In this document: positions 63,455 through 64,000 of the stretch, in pieces
Layout: the number at the start of each line of letters is the position of its first letter
Position numbering within the stretch: position 1 is the stretch's first letter
Position numbers and translations under genes: made by a program
Notes under the pieces: generated by a model
Told to the model about the DNA's origin: nothing
The model's input: the letters and a program-made list of their open reading frames with translations, nothing else
Databases searched by the model: none
Virus record (IMG/VR): IMGVR_UViG_3300009430_000004
Span: 154,089 to 218,088 of that record
DNA: 64,000 bases
Reading direction: 5' to 3' (one strand)

Positions 63455-64000
63455 ATGGCAAAGAAAGATGAAAAAAAGAATGGTGTATCTATCAAGAAAG
63501 TAGAAAAACCTTTGATTAAATTAAACTCCTTGTTTAACGATATCATTGACAATATTTCATACAATACATCTAAATCAGACAATCGAAGAGAAAAAGAGCT
63601 GAAGAAGTTATCGGATGAAATAGATGATATAGTATTCCAGGAGATTAAATCACTTACTACTTTCACAGGGGATGATATATCAACTTTCTTAGTTAAACTA
63701 TTTAATGATTATGACAATCAACAGCAAACGGCGGTTAAGGGTATAGAAGATATATTTGCATCGGAAACAAACGGCATATTCCAATTCTTTCAGGAGAGAT
63801 ATAAGAATCTTAATCTTCTCTATGATGATTTGAATATGATTTGTAGCCAATTATATGAGTTGCAAGAAGCTATTGCCGCTACAAGAGATGCTATCGTCAC
63901 TTCTGACGATTTATCTCAAACGGTTTCAAGAACTCTTAAGTTCAAGAACTCAAATGAGAAAGAAAAAGCCCATATTGCTCTTATCGAGAATATGGAGAAG
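63455..64000 (+). CDS. Portal protein, N-terminal part (runs off right edge)
   Basis: Manual translation; LYDDLNMICSQLYELQEAIAATRDAIVTSDD resembles T4 gp20/phiKZ-type portal N-terminal motif; late promoter 63412. Confidence 0.6.
   Translation, partial: MAKKDEKKNGVSIKKVEKPLIKLNSLFNDIIDNISYNTSKSDNRREKELKKLSDEIDDIVFQEIKSLTTFTGDDISTFLVKLFNDYDNQQQTAVKGIEDIFASETNGIFQFFQERYKNLNLLYDDLNMICSQLYELQEAIAATRDAIVTSDDLSQTVSRTLKFKNSNEKEKAHIALIENMEK

Noticed and set aside
272-63666. Many ORF-track entries antisense to or nested in long genes (e.g. 272..484, 2807..3109, 8703..8924, 13100..13420, 41613..42122, 55478..55852, 59721..60026, 63436..63666)
   Set aside because: Shadow frames of AT-rich genes: no RBS, Ser/Leu/Phe-rich, fully overlapping well-supported CDSs.
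1-64000. Stop-codon reassignment
   Set aside because: Core genes are intact under code 11, and TAA, TAG and TGA all end genes at operon junctions or terminators.

Overview
AT-rich 64-kb segment of a jumbo myophage of the AR9/PBS1/phiR1-37 (phiKZ-related) supergroup. The host is probably a Firmicute (strong AGGAGG/AGGGG RBSs, Amidase_3 endolysins with SH3b/PG-binding domains). 1-11.2 kb is a leftward late module: tail fibres, a receptor-binding protein, two tandem amidases and virion proteins. The rest is mostly rightward: PD-(D/E)XK nuclease, SbcD, DnaB, RecD/Dda helicase, type II topoisomerase B and A, tubulin/FtsZ, RecA, three split RNA polymerase beta fragments (two RNAPs), NAD ligase, HU-like protein, an MBL-fold Apyc1-like enzyme, SbcC, the N-terminal half of a split family B DNA polymerase, and the start of the portal gene. 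Reading the intergenic DNA by eye gives a nearly complete phage transcription code: 24 exact AR9-type late promoters (AACA-N6-TR), 19 exact TATATATTAT early-type motifs (7 with CGTA exactly 17 nt upstream), about 30 intrinsic terminators, a 22-bp leader repeated three times, and three promoter-and-terminator-bounded, ORF-less structured RNA candidates (18.9 kb, 29.5 kb, 63.2 kb). All calls are manual motif recognition; no database search or folding program was run.
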